From the NCBI GenBank assembly GCA_965238225.1, contig OZ250183.1, forward strand, positions 32,001 through 96,000: a stretch of 64,000 bases of DNA, given 5' to 3'. The position numbers were made by a program, and so were the translations under genes. The DNA is from Gammaproteobacteria bacterium. GTDB taxonomy: Bacteria; Pseudomonadota; Gammaproteobacteria; Eutrophobiales; Eutrophobiaceae. This document shows, in pieces, positions 51,839 to 62,095 of this stretch; positions within the stretch are counted from its first letter, which is position 1; every line of letters starts with the position of its first letter. The notes beneath the pieces are model-generated. The model did not search any database and was not told the DNA's origin. It saw only the letters and a list, made by a program, of their open reading frames with translations.

Positions 51839-53152
51839 TTACAATTCGGATCCACTGGAAAATTCAGATTTACAATGCTCAGATTCTCTTGCTGCTGCCA
51901 GCAATGCAAGTCTGGCTATCACACCGTAGGCATAAAAACGATTCGGGTGCGCATCAGCGCCTGTGTCTATTTCAGGAGCAATACAACAATCATCAAATGC
52001 CAAAGGCTCAAAACGCATCCCTGGCGAGTTAAGATTTTCATTTGCGGCACGGGTATCGTGAACGCGATAGAAACCACCAACAACATTATGATCAATCATA
52101 TAGACAACAGGTTCGGCAACTGTTTTTTCTTTTCCCCAAGTTTCATGGGTATATACACCTTCCTGAATAATGACTTTTGTCACTTTCTGACCTTCTTTGA
52201 TGGTTGACATACGGGTGCGTTGTTTACGATTTAGTTCGACAATATCATCAACATTATCGACAGCCATGATACCCATACCATATGTCCCGTTATCTGCTTT
52301 TACGATGACGTAAGGCCGATACTTTATATTGTGTTCATCATATTTTTCCTGTATCTCTTTTAGCAAGACATCAGTATTTTTTTTCAGGCAAGAACTGCCT
52401 TCATGTTGCATGAAATCTATTTCGCCACAATTTCTAAATAATGGATCAATAAACCAAGGATCAATGCCAAGATGTTCACCAAACTCAGTAGCGAGTTTCT
52501 GGTAGTGTCTGAAATGAACGGACTTCAACCGATTAGACCAACCCAGCACAAGCTCTGGCATCATTGTCTGCTTTAAAGATTCAAGAACCTCGGGCCGCCC
52601 TGAGGAAAGATCGTTATTCAGGATAATCAATTCAGGAATAAAATCACCAACGGATACCTCGTCTTTATTTCTTTGTAATGGCTCCAGAAACACTGATTTG
52701 CCTAATTTTAATTTAATACTCAATGGCTCTGACATAGTCTCCAATACTGAACCCAGTTTCACCTCAAAACCTGCCCTTTCTATAATCTGCTTCAGGGCAG
52801 CCAAACTCTCCAGATAAAAAAGATTACGAGTATGATTTTCGGAAATGATCAAAATCTTGTCTACTTGGTGTGGTAATCCCTCAACAGCCAGTTGAACTGC
52901 TTGTATACACAGAGATTCGAATGCTGTGTTCAGATTATTAAAACCTGCCGGAAAAAGGTTTGTATCCACTGGTGCCAGCTTATATCCGGCATTGCGTAAA
53001 TCAACAGAGGCATAAAAAGGGGCTGGTGTTGTTCGCCACTGGCTCCGAAACCATGACTCAATACTTGACTGGCAGTCAACCAAATGCTGTTCAATCTGGT
53101 GTAATGGATCAGCCAGTGCTGTGGTTAGATGCGGGGCAGGGTTAGAATTCAT
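51839..53152 (-). CDS. gshA: Glutamate-cysteine ligase (ATP-grasp, Acidithiobacillus type)
   Basis: SVDLRNAGYKLAPVDTNLFPAGFNNL, KADNGTYGMG, QEGVYT, NRFYAYGVIARL. Confidence 0.93.
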   Translation of the reverse strand: MNSNPAPHLTTALADPLHQIEQHLVDCQSSIESWFRSQWRTTPAPFYASVDLRNAGYKLAPVDTNLFPAGFNNLNTAFESLCIQAVQLAVEGLPHQVDKILIISENHTRNLFYLESLAALKQIIERAGFEVKLGSVLETMSEPLSIKLKLGKSVFLEPLQRNKDEVSVGDFIPELIILNNDLSSGRPEVLESLKQTMMPELVLGWSNRLKSVHFRHYQKLATEFGEHLGIDPWFIDPLFRNCGEIDFMQHEGSSCLKKNTDVLLKEIQEKYDEHNIKYRPYVIVKADNGTYGMGIMAVDNVDDIVELNRKQRTRMSTIKEGQKVTKVIIQEGVYTHETWGKEKTVAEPVVYMIDHNVVGGFYRVHDTRAANENLNSPGMRFEPLAFDDCCIAPEIDTGADAHPNRFYAYGVIARLALLAAARESEHCKSEFSSGSEL

Positions 53153-53178
53153 GAACTTTTATAGATATCTTCGTATGC

Positions 53179-53198
53179 CAGCTTATCAGGATAAGCTG
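53179..53198. promoter_or_regulatory. 9-2-9 inverted repeat just upstream of gshA
   Basis: CAGCTTATC-AG-GATAAGCTG. Confidence 0.45.
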
Positions 53199-53352
53199 AT
53201 TAGGTTGCACTTGCATGTTTATTTATCAGATTCATAAGGAAATTGTCGGAAAAACCACGGGGAAATCGCACTTTTCTGGTTTGGCATCTAATGCCACATC
53301 TTTAACGCCGCATTTTAAAACATTCAACCAAGAATAGCTTATAATACGACCC

Positions 53353-54771
53353 ATGGAGATTTCTGGTTACAAAATAAAGCATAGAATTGGTCAAGGCGGC
53401 ATGGCTACTGTTTATATCGCCGTACAGGAGTCATTAAATAGATCCGTCGCACTCAAAATACTTGATATCAATAATCCTTCTGCTAACGAGACGCTCATCA
53501 AAAGATTTCTTGCGGAAGGTCGTATTGTCGCAAAGCTGAACCATCCAAACATCATCACTATCTTTGATATTGGTGTTGCAAATAACTCTTTGTACATCTC
53601 CATGGAATATGTCGATGGAGGCGATCTTAAAATGCGAATGGCGGTACCCACACCCCCTGATACCGCACTTGAATATCTTATTAAGATCGGCTCGGGACTG
53701 GATATGGCACATAAAATGGGTGTGGTGCATCGTGACATCAAACCAGAAAATATTATATTTAGAGATAAAAACACACCACTAATAACTGACTTTGGTATCG
53801 CCAAGCAAACTAATGCTATGGACAATAATTTAACATCTACCGGTCTGTTTCTTGGAAGTCCAAACTATATGAGTCCCGAACAGGCCGATGATATTGAAAT
53901 TGATGGTCGCGCTGATATCTACAGTTTGGGCTGTTTATTTTATGAAATGCTGACTTGCAAAAAGCCCTATAACTCAACAACACTTTTTGATGTCATTATT
54001 AAACATAAGCAGGCACCCATACCTGTTTTCGACGAAGACTTGAGCAGATTTCAACCTTTGTTAGATAAAATGATGGCAAAAAATCGAAATGATCGATTTA
54101 ACGATGCCGCTGAGATGGTAGAAAGCGCCAAGAAATTACAAGAAATCGAAGGAAATGTGACCGCTGTCACAGATGACAATATACCTCTTCAAAAAGTAAC
54201 ACAAAAAAAAGCACAAACCCTGAATATTTTATTGCTGTTTCTGATGACTACAGGCGCAATTTTTGGAACCTTGCAATACGCAGAATCAAGAATGCATAAT
54301 GATTCACCAAACATCAAAAATGTACCTGCCAATATGAGTTGGCCTGATAATATCAACCAATCAATGATTAATAATGCCATACAGTCAGTAAGTACAGATA
54401 CAGCTGAAACACCAGTTAACATTTCCGCAGACGTTATTGAGGCTTTACATTGGCTGGGCAAGAAAAGTCTGGAAGACTATCGCCTCACTCATCCAGAAAA
54501 AGATAATGCCTATTATTATTATTCGAGATTGCTTGAAGCAAACCCAAGTGATAAAACTGCGGCAAAAGGCCTGCTGAACATCGCCAACAAATATGCCTAT
54601 CTGGCGGATGTATCAGTTATTGAGAATGACTATGACAAAGCGCAAGCCTATATTAGTATCGGTTTAAAGTTTAACCCAAATCATAACGCATTGATTAAAT
54701 TAAAAAAACTAAACTTGAGTGTTCAGAAAAAATCATTCATGGAAAAGTTGGTGAATTTATTCGAAAAATAA
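53353..54771 (+). CDS. Hanks-type Ser/Thr protein kinase with TM and helical extracytoplasmic domain
   Basis: IGQGGMATVY, VALK, HRDIKPEN, DFG, YMSPEQ, DIYSLG; TM near residue 295. Confidence 0.93.
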   Translation: MEISGYKIKHRIGQGGMATVYIAVQESLNRSVALKILDINNPSANETLIKRFLAEGRIVAKLNHPNIITIFDIGVANNSLYISMEYVDGGDLKMRMAVPTPPDTALEYLIKIGSGLDMAHKMGVVHRDIKPENIIFRDKNTPLITDFGIAKQTNAMDNNLTSTGLFLGSPNYMSPEQADDIEIDGRADIYSLGCLFYEMLTCKKPYNSTTLFDVIIKHKQAPIPVFDEDLSRFQPLLDKMMAKNRNDRFNDAAEMVESAKKLQEIEGNVTAVTDDNIPLQKVTQKKAQTLNILLLFLMTTGAIFGTLQYAESRMHNDSPNIKNVPANMSWPDNINQSMINNAIQSVSTDTAETPVNISADVIEALHWLGKKSLEDYRLTHPEKDNAYYYYSRLLEANPSDKTAAKGLLNIANKYAYLADVSVIENDYDKAQAYISIGLKFNPNHNALIKLKKLNLSVQKKSFMEKLVNLFEK

Positions 54772-54831
54772 TTAATAAAAGTAATTCTTCCGAGATTCCT
54801 TACCTACTCTCTACTTATCCGCCCCGTTTAT

Positions 54832-55332
54832 TTATTCCTTAATTGTAGCCTTAGCATCTGCTGTCTTCTTTCTCTCCCACTCTGCAACCACTGCCTTCAT
54901 TTTTTCATCAGATGCCTTGTCTTCGTTAATTTCTGCTTCCATCAACTTTTTATTCTCATATTTTTGCATCTTGTGGCTTTGCCTGAGTACATCTGAGGTT
55001 TGTCTACCATAGCTACCTTTTATTTTAGCAGCTTCTATTGCCTTCTGTTTTGCTGCAAGCCTATTTTCTTCTGCACCAATAAAAGCTTGTATACGCAAAG
55101 ACTCACGCTCGTCATCAGAAATTTTAATGGCTGTATCATCAATAATTTTGCCTCCGCTGAAGACAAAGACCCGTGGCTCCTTCTCGATACCGCGATACCA
55201 GGCAGGAGGCTTACCAGATAATTGTGTTGTTCCAGTTTCAGAATCTGTCCATTGATACATCCGAGCCTGAATAGATTGTATAAGAATAGATTGACTAAAA
55301 AAAAATAAACCGATGATGTAATAACGATGCAC
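54832..55332 (-). CDS. Exported hypothetical protein (DUF4124-like N-terminus)
   Basis: Signal peptide, then MYQWTD..GTTQLSGKPP and a coiled-coil tail. Confidence 0.65.
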   Translation of the reverse strand: MHRYYIIGLFFFSQSILIQSIQARMYQWTDSETGTTQLSGKPPAWYRGIEKEPRVFVFSGGKIIDDTAIKISDDERESLRIQAFIGAEENRLAAKQKAIEAAKIKGSYGRQTSDVLRQSHKMQKYENKKLMEAEINEDKASDEKMKAVVAEWERKKTADAKATIKE

Positions 55333-55518
55333 TTATATAATCCTCCCCGCAGCATTGATAACATTGTAACATCCTCTGACGTATACTAAAACCATCCAAA
55401 AACTCATACTTCATTAGGTCTGGTAAATCAGGGCTAGATTTACAGAAAATAACTGACACGAAAGAGATTGTAATTTTAAGGAATATTCTAATGAAAATAG
55501 CTATACCAATATATAAAG

Positions 55519-56757
55519 TTGAAAAAAATGAATTTGTTTGATACTGCTGCCCTGCTTATTACCCTAACGGCTGTATTTAGTTTCATAAATCACCTCACGC
55601 TTAAATTACCAACGACAATCGGTGTCATGCTCATTGGCCTGTTAATATCTTTAACTCTATTAATACTCAAACTACTAGGTCTGGATTTAACTATTCAGGC
55701 AAGCGCCATTCTAAAATCAATTGATTTCAGCCAAACTCTCATGCACGGCATGCTAAGTTACCTGTTGTTTGCAGGTGCCCTGCATGTCAACCTAGCCGAT
55801 TTGAACAAACAAAAATGGTTAATTACGACATTGGCAACATTGGGTGTTATCGCATCCACCACGATTGTTGGCGTGTTACTTTGGTTTGTTCTAGGCTGTA
55901 TTGGTATCAACTTACCTTTTTTATATTGCCTGATTTTTGGCGCCCTGATTTCACCTACTGACCCTATCGCTGTACTCGCAATACTGCGCAAGGCAAACGC
56001 ACCAAAATCTTTAGAGACGCAAATTACCGGGGAATCGTTATTTAATGATGGTGTAGGTGTCGTTGTATTTTTATTGATAAGCGGTTTCACTTTAGGTGAA
56101 ATTGACATTACATTCAACTCAATAATTATTTTCTTTTTTCAGGAGGCATTAGGAGGCGCTGTATTTGGGTTTGTAGCAGGTGGCATTACCTATGTCATGT
56201 TAAAACGCATTGATAATTATCAAGTTGAAATATTACTAACGCTGGCTCTAGTTACTGGCGGTTACTCCCTAGCCCACGCGCTACATTTATCTGCTCCCAT
56301 CGCTATAGTCGTTGCTGGACTTATGATTGGCAATCACGGACGAGGGCTGGCAATGAGTGAAACTACTAGAGAACACCTAGACACCTTCTGGGAACTCATT
56401 GATGAGATACTTAATGCTATTTTATTTGTTTTGATTGGTCTTGAAATTCTGATTATTACTTTTGACTCACAATTACTGCTTGCAGGAGGATTTTCTATTG
56501 CTATTGTGTTAATTGCTAGATTTATCAGTGTTAGCACCCCTATATTTTGTATCGCTAGATTTAGAAAATTACCCCGGGGTATTATTAAAATTCTAACATG
56601 GGGCGGATTACGCGGTGGTATTTCAGTAGCGTTAGCGCTTTCATTGCCAGAAAGCGTAGAAAGAGAAACGATTTTGACGATTACCTACTGTGTTGTTGTT
56701 TTCTCAATCCTAGTGCAAGGTTTGACTATCGGCAGGCTAATTAAAATATATGCCTGA
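55519..56757 (+). CDS. Na+/H+ antiporter, CPA1 (NhaP-like)
   Basis: [32 protein letters not shown]. Confidence 0.93.
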   Translation: MKKMNLFDTAALLITLTAVFSFINHLTLKLPTTIGVMLIGLLISLTLLILKLLGLDLTIQASAILKSIDFSQTLMHGMLSYLLFAGALHVNLADLNKQKWLITTLATLGVIASTTIVGVLLWFVLGCIGINLPFLYCLIFGALISPTDPIAVLAILRKANAPKSLETQITGESLFNDGVGVVVFLLISGFTLGEIDITFNSIIIFFFQEALGGAVFGFVAGGITYVMLKRIDNYQVEILLTLALVTGGYSLAHALHLSAPIAIVVAGLMIGNHGRGLAMSETTREHLDTFWELIDEILNAILFVLIGLEILIITFDSQLLLAGGFSIAIVLIARFISVSTPIFCIARFRKLPRGIIKILTWGGLRGGISVALALSLPESVERETILTITYCVVVFSILVQGLTIGRLIKIYA

Positions 56758-56822
56758 TGTTTGTATGGCCTTGACCTATTCCCTTGTTTGTCAACTTTAG
56801 AATAATGATAGAAAGGGGCAAA

Positions 56823-57545
56823 TCAGGCGTTCACGCAGGCGAGGTACGCTTGTTCTATGGTGTTAGTTTTAAACAGACTTGTACATTCTTCTATGCTTCC
56901 TGTAAACCGAATACGACCCTCATGGAGAATCGCAACACGATGACATAAGGCTTCTATATCTGCCAGCATATGGGTACTGAAAAAAATTGTCTTGCCAGAT
57001 TTTTTTAGTTCTATGAGGTACTGTTTTAAATAGGCACGAGCTTTTGGATCCAAACCACTCATAGGTTCATCGAGCACCATCAAGTCCTTATCACTCATCA
57101 AACAAGCCACTAAGCCCAGTTTTTGTGCCATACCTTTTGAGAATTTCCTAACAGGTTTTAATAATGCTGATGGCTCCAAATCAAGAATTTTAAATAAATC
57201 AGTTACCTTGTTGCTATCATATTTTACACCGTGAAGTTCTGCCATATACGCCAGAAAATCTCTTCCTGTAAGATAATAAGGTGGCATAAACCGTTCCGGG
57301 AGAAATACCAATTTCTCTCTTGCTTGCTTTTTTGTATTAGCAATTCCGAATAGTTTAATCTTGCCGGAGCTAATATCGCAAAAATCAAGCAGGCATTTAA
57401 TCAGGGTTGTTTTACCCGCACCATTGACACCGATTAGCCCAGTAAACTCACCTTTGTAAACAGACAGGTTAATCTCATTTAAAACCTGAGTGCTGGCAAA
57501 AGATTTACAAAGTTTTTCTATTTGAATCGCTAAGTCAACCATCAC
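56823..57545 (-). CDS. ABC transporter ATP-binding protein (PilH-like)
   Basis: GVNGAGKTT, FSKGM signature, LDEPMSGLDP, STH. Confidence 0.92.
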   Translation of the reverse strand: MMVDLAIQIEKLCKSFASTQVLNEINLSVYKGEFTGLIGVNGAGKTTLIKCLLDFCDISSGKIKLFGIANTKKQAREKLVFLPERFMPPYYLTGRDFLAYMAELHGVKYDSNKVTDLFKILDLEPSALLKPVRKFSKGMAQKLGLVACLMSDKDLMVLDEPMSGLDPKARAYLKQYLIELKKSGKTIFFSTHMLADIEALCHRVAILHEGRIRFTGSIEECTSLFKTNTIEQAYLACVNA

Positions 57546-57675
57546 ATTTTATTTTTTAGTTGCCGCGTTATTGTCTTAGGTTTTTGGTCATGAATGACTT
57601 AAGGCCGTCCATAGAATTAGCCAAAGTCATTCTCGCACCTCCCTGTGCTACACGGACATAAGATCATCTGTGGCC

Positions 57676-57708
57676 AAAAAATAATGCCCGCTTGCGCGGG
57701 CGTTATTT
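57676..57708 (-). terminator. Intrinsic terminator after the pilin gene
   Basis: AAATAACGCCCGC-GCAA-GCGGGCATTATTTTTT on the minus strand. Confidence 0.85.
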
Positions 57709-57736
57709 ATAAATAATTCTTAAATAAATATCTAAT

Positions 57737-58516
57737 TCAATAAATATACACTGGTCCACAATTTTGTTGATTCACAAAAATATTATATATATCTGTTGAC
57801 TCAGTACCTGAACCAGCTACAGGAGATGCAGCCGTCGAGGCCGCTGTCGCAGTACAGTCAAGCTGTGCTGTGAAGAAATCGGCAGTATTAAAATCGGTGG
57901 TGGTGTTAGCATCACTGGTTAAACGTAGAACACCAGTATTTGGAAAACTATCATCAATCTTAATATCCAACTCTCTGGCAATACTAACTGGTACATCGCG
58001 ACCCATATGTAGGCTTAAGCGCTCTACAGGACTTGCCCCTGCATAACCATCATTGCGTGTTAATACCAAAACAGAGTTAAAAGCATTTCTTGGTGCATTA
58101 GCCGCATAGTCATTTATATCAGTAACGACATTTGTTGCTGGTGTAAATCCGCTGCCTATAAAATTTGATTTGGTCAAATGTTCCCATACAGCTACCGCTT
58201 CTGCTACTGTGTTGTCAATACGACCATTACCATCGCCACCGTTATGAATTTCTTGACCAATTGCCTGCCCCGCTTTAACTTCATCCATATCACCAGGTAT
58301 CTGGCGAAACCTGTCGATAAAACCAAAATAAGCTGCCTGAATGCCTGAATTCTGGTCTGCCATGCTCCTTACTCTGGCACTATTGATGAGTTCTTGACCC
58401 TTTAAGATGCCGCCAAGCAAAAGACCAATAATCACCAATACAATGGCGATTTCTATGAGCGTAAAACCCATTTGTTTTTTGTTGTGCATTTCTATTTTAG
58501 CTTCTATTTTATTCAT
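57737..58516 (-). CDS. Large type IV prepilin, probable major subunit
   Basis: KKQMG|FTLIEIAIVLVIIGLLLGGILKGQELI, C-terminal Cys pair; has its own promoter and terminator. Confidence 0.9.
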   Translation of the reverse strand: MNKIEAKIEMHNKKQMGFTLIEIAIVLVIIGLLLGGILKGQELINSARVRSMADQNSGIQAAYFGFIDRFRQIPGDMDEVKAGQAIGQEIHNGGDGNGRIDNTVAEAVAVWEHLTKSNFIGSGFTPATNVVTDINDYAANAPRNAFNSVLVLTRNDGYAGASPVERLSLHMGRDVPVSIARELDIKIDDSFPNTGVLRLTSDANTTTDFNTADFFTAQLDCTATAASTAASPVAGSGTESTDIYNIFVNQQNCGPVYIY

Positions 58517-58613
58517 TTATATTTTTCCCGTTGACATCTATAGTGCTTGAAGGCTATTTAGCCGTTTTAGCCGTATGGCTTCTTTCTTTACAGTACCTAG
58601 ACAGAAATGATAA

Positions 58614-58731
58614 AGCATTTTCTATGCCATACATCATAACACACTGATTTTATAATTTTTTTTAAATATATTTTTCTTGAAAAAATCGAATTTTCTGATG
58701 ATCCTTCATCACAATTGTCAATATTTCGACA
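58614..58731 (-). promoter_or_regulatory. sigma54 promoter with IHF site and candidate enhancers
   Basis: TGGCATAGAAAATGCT (58614-29, correct -24/-12 spacing); IHF AATCAGTGTGTTA (58637-49); inverted repeats TGATGA-N4-TCATCA (58696-711) and TGTC-N8-GACA (58716-31). Confidence 0.75.
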
Positions 58732-58771
58732 GGTGGAAATGAGAAAAGGCTAAAAGTGGCGTATGACTATA

Positions 58772-59506
58772 TTATCTTTCCTGTTTTTGCTCTAATCTTA
58801 AGAGGTGTTCTTGTAGAAATTGCAGTTCGTGGGGATCTGTCATTGTGCCACTTGCCAATAAACCTCCGATCAATATTTTTGCGCTTTCTATCTCACCCAT
58901 ATCCTCAAGGATATAAATCTCCATCTGTTTCACCCAAGACGGGATATTATCTGCTGTCACCTGCTGGGCAATGGCATGGGCAAACCTTAATGCCAAGGGA
59001 TGATCTTTAAGTTGGTGCTTGGCAATATAGATTGCGTGTGCCATGGATGGCCATCGGGCATTTGGATCCTGGGAAAATTGTTCAAAGATAAATTCCAACA
59101 TTTGTCGTTTTTTCTCATTATTTGCAATAGCACCATAAATACGGGCAGCGGCCAATAATGGATATTGACCCTTGGGATCCAAAGTTAATATTGTTTCTAG
59201 CCAGTGAATGACTCGAGAATAATCAAGGTTTTTAAATGGCACGCTGATGCCTGGTTGATTATCAAACGCTTGCAACCACAACATAAATAATCTCGAAATT
59301 GCAATAGAATCTCCCAGACCCATTAATTGGGACTCTATTTGCGTAGGTGGCGAAGGCAATGGCTTGATTTCTATTTTCGTGGGCACACTTCGACTTGACC
59401 AATAAATTTGCAAAAGAAAAAAAATGATTAAAGTTATGGTGATGAATACAGGAACATCTTTTACTGGACGTTCATCTGGATTATTGACTAATTTCCTGAA
59501 AATCAT
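58772..59506 (-). CDS. Membrane-anchored helical protein (PilG-like accessory of the ABC module)
   Basis: N-terminal TM, LWLQAFDNQPG, ILTLDP..YPL TPR-like helices; directly follows the permease. Confidence 0.65.
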   Translation of the reverse strand: MIFRKLVNNPDERPVKDVPVFITITLIIFFLLQIYWSSRSVPTKIEIKPLPSPPTQIESQLMGLGDSIAISRLFMLWLQAFDNQPGISVPFKNLDYSRVIHWLETILTLDPKGQYPLLAAARIYGAIANNEKKRQMLEFIFEQFSQDPNARWPSMAHAIYIAKHQLKDHPLALRFAHAIAQQVTADNIPSWVKQMEIYILEDMGEIESAKILIGGLLASGTMTDPHELQFLQEHLLRLEQKQER

Positions 59507-59511
59507 ACACT

Positions 59512-60288
59512 TTAGAAATTCTTTCTGTGTAGATCAAAACATGCTGCTGCAAATAGCAAGATAACATAGATAAGCGTTTGGGAAACTACAAGCATATATT
59601 CACTACTGCCACCGCCACCATAAACTAACCATTCTGTTTTGCTAAATTGATCTAATCTTGGCAGTAGTATTGCGATGCAATCAATGACTATATTAATTAT
59701 TTTATGGGAGATTTCTGCTGTTTCCAGAATAGGGCTCGCGCCTATTAACTGGATGGTGCTAATCGTCCGTGCCAATAAATAAAACGCCGCAACAAAGAAA
59801 AGCACACTGGTAGCGTTTTTGAATGTGACGAGGCACAACAAAGACAAGGTCGTGAGAATCCACAATTCACAAATCAAAGAAATACACCACAATATCAGTT
59901 GTGGAGTAGTATTTATTAATGCAAGTGGTATACAAACAATAATTGCAATAAGTACACACAATAGAAAAAATCCGAGTATCTTTCCAAGAAGATATGAGTA
60001 TCTATCCACTGGCAGGGAAATAATTAACTCAAGCCATTTGTCGTTAAATTCTCTGACTGTGCTTGTGATTACAAAGACGCAAATAATAAATACGGCAAAA
60101 AGCCGTAAAATCATTGCTGCTATCGCACTTTGAGTTTGGGTAGTTTCGGTAACTGCCAGTTCGCCAATAAATTGCGTTAATCCAAACAAGCCCACGACAG
60201 CTAATAACACCAATGTAAATAGACGATTATTGGTACTCTCTATTAATGTAAACTTGGCTATCGTCGATATGGGTTGTATTGTTATCAT
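59512..60288 (-). CDS. ABC-2-type permease (PilI-like)
   Basis: About 6 TM helices, IAKFTLIE, SLPVDRYSYLLGK, LLPRLD, FDLHRKNF. Confidence 0.85.
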   Translation of the reverse strand: MITIQPISTIAKFTLIESTNNRLFTLVLLAVVGLFGLTQFIGELAVTETTQTQSAIAAMILRLFAVFIICVFVITSTVREFNDKWLELIISLPVDRYSYLLGKILGFFLLCVLIAIIVCIPLALINTTPQLILWCISLICELWILTTLSLLCLVTFKNATSVLFFVAAFYLLARTISTIQLIGASPILETAEISHKIINIVIDCIAILLPRLDQFSKTEWLVYGGGGSSEYMLVVSQTLIYVILLFAAACFDLHRKNF

Positions 60289-60354
60289 GTTGTATTCTAT
60301 TTGTAATCTACGAGCACTATACTACAAAGCAATTATAATGAACGGCCTTATATA

Positions 60355-62052
60355 ATGATGATGTTACCCAAGATAATAAAGACAAGACAAGAAAATCTGG
60401 TGCTTCTCGTAATGCTGGAAACATTGCATTTCGCGACATGGTACGAAATTGGGAACTATTTAAGCCAGTCACTATTGCTTGTTCATTTTGGTATGTTCTT
60501 GATGTGGCAACCTCTCCTGAAGGAAGACCAGCAAATCCCATGGGGCAAAAGCCTGCTATTCATTACCCTCACACTTATCTTTATTTTCTGGGTCAATTGG
60601 GTTTTGATAATACTGTGGCTTATGTTGCTCATTGGCCTGGTCGGGGGGCGTGTCACGACAAGACGTTATGAACGAAATATATATATGTTCGTGATGACAT
60701 ACCTAATATTCGAATTGCTTATTTCTATTATCCCGAAAATGTTTGATATACCACTAAACAAGACTATTTATAATGTTTGTCTTATTAGCTTGCCACTGAT
60801 TCCGTTAGTATTACTGATAATATCAAACAATTTTTCTAAAAAAACTGATAAGCCTGTTGATATTTTGCTTGCTACAACGATTTCATTTATGACAGTTATT
60901 CTTGTCCTCGGTGGTTTGGTATTGATGTACCACAATCACACAGATTATATTATCGCTCTAATTCAAACATTGCTTTTTGTTAGTTTTCTTCTGATTGCTA
61001 TAAGCTGGCTTTTATCTCCTCATAGTGGTTTTAGCGGTTTCTCTCAACTGTGGACTAGATCTTTGTTAAATATTGGTACACCATTCGAAGAATGGCTTGC
61101 CAACCTTTCTAAACAAAAACAATTAAAAGATTCCCCGCAGGATTTTCTGGACACGGCAATGGGGGAAATAGTGTCGCTGCCATGGATAGCGGGCGCTACA
61201 TGGACAGGAGGTTCGGTGCATGGAATTCATGGTGAATTAACAAGGCATGAGATACACTTGGATATAAGCGGTCAGCCTCTCACTTTATTCACGTATGTTG
61301 CCCCTGCCGGGGTTATATCATTACATTGTAATTTGCTTGTTCAGTTAATTGATACATTTTACATTGCAAAAAAACAGGAACAGGAATTGGCACAAAAAAC
61401 ACATTTGCATGCCATCTATGAAACAGGGGCAAGAGTCACTCATGATATTAAAAATTTGCTTCAGTCATTGCAGACCATGACGATATTGATTGAAGAAGAT
61501 TCTAAAGTAGCCAGAGAAAAATCCCTCACACTGTTAAAAAAACAACTGCCTCATATTAGCCAACGACTGCAACGTGCTCTTGACAAATTACAGGCACCAG
61601 AAAATGAATCAACGAGTAATATCTCGGCAACACACTGGTGGGAAGAATTGTCTGCTCGTGGGGAAGATTCGCAAATCAAATTCCAGAACATAATAGAAAA
61701 TGATGCGTTAATCCCTGAAGAATTATTTAACAGTGTCGTAGAAAATCTTATCGAAAATGCAACGCAAAAAAGACAGCTTAATGCGGATATTGTCATCACC
61801 ATAAGCTTGGAAATTACATCAAATTTAATTGCGCTCACTGTTACTGATACAGGCCATGCCGTTTCTAAAAAAATTGCAAATACAATACTAAAAGAACATA
61901 TTGCATCAGATAACGGGCATGGGATTGGACTTTTTCAAGCCTCCAAGCATGCCGAATCTCTAAGCTACACCTTGGAACTTACAAAAAATTATGACGGCAA
62001 TGTAGGCTTTAGGTTGTTTAAAGAAATAACAACCTCAATCATAAAACTATAA
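60355..62052 (+). CDS. Multi-TM sensor histidine kinase
   Basis: About 7 TMs, H-box THDIKNLLQSL, N-box ENLIENA, DTG, GHGIGL. Confidence 0.9.
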   Translation: MMMLPKIIKTRQENLVLLVMLETLHFATWYEIGNYLSQSLLLVHFGMFLMWQPLLKEDQQIPWGKSLLFITLTLIFIFWVNWVLIILWLMLLIGLVGGRVTTRRYERNIYMFVMTYLIFELLISIIPKMFDIPLNKTIYNVCLISLPLIPLVLLIISNNFSKKTDKPVDILLATTISFMTVILVLGGLVLMYHNHTDYIIALIQTLLFVSFLLIAISWLLSPHSGFSGFSQLWTRSLLNIGTPFEEWLANLSKQKQLKDSPQDFLDTAMGEIVSLPWIAGATWTGGSVHGIHGELTRHEIHLDISGQPLTLFTYVAPAGVISLHCNLLVQLIDTFYIAKKQEQELAQKTHLHAIYETGARVTHDIKNLLQSLQTMTILIEEDSKVAREKSLTLLKKQLPHISQRLQRALDKLQAPENESTSNISATHWWEELSARGEDSQIKFQNIIENDALIPEELFNSVVENLIENATQKRQLNADIVITISLEITSNLIALTVTDTGHAVSKKIANTILKEHIASDNGHGIGLFQASKHAESLSYTLELTKNYDGNVGFRLFKEITTSIIKL

Positions 62053-62095
62053 TGCAACTATGATAAAACTACGATAAACCTGTGGCAAAAGGAGC

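Noticed and set aside
53281-53296. sigma54 promoter for the Ser/Thr kinase (TGGCATCTAATGC)
   Set aside because: The GG-to-GC spacing is 2 nt too short for a -24/-12 promoter.
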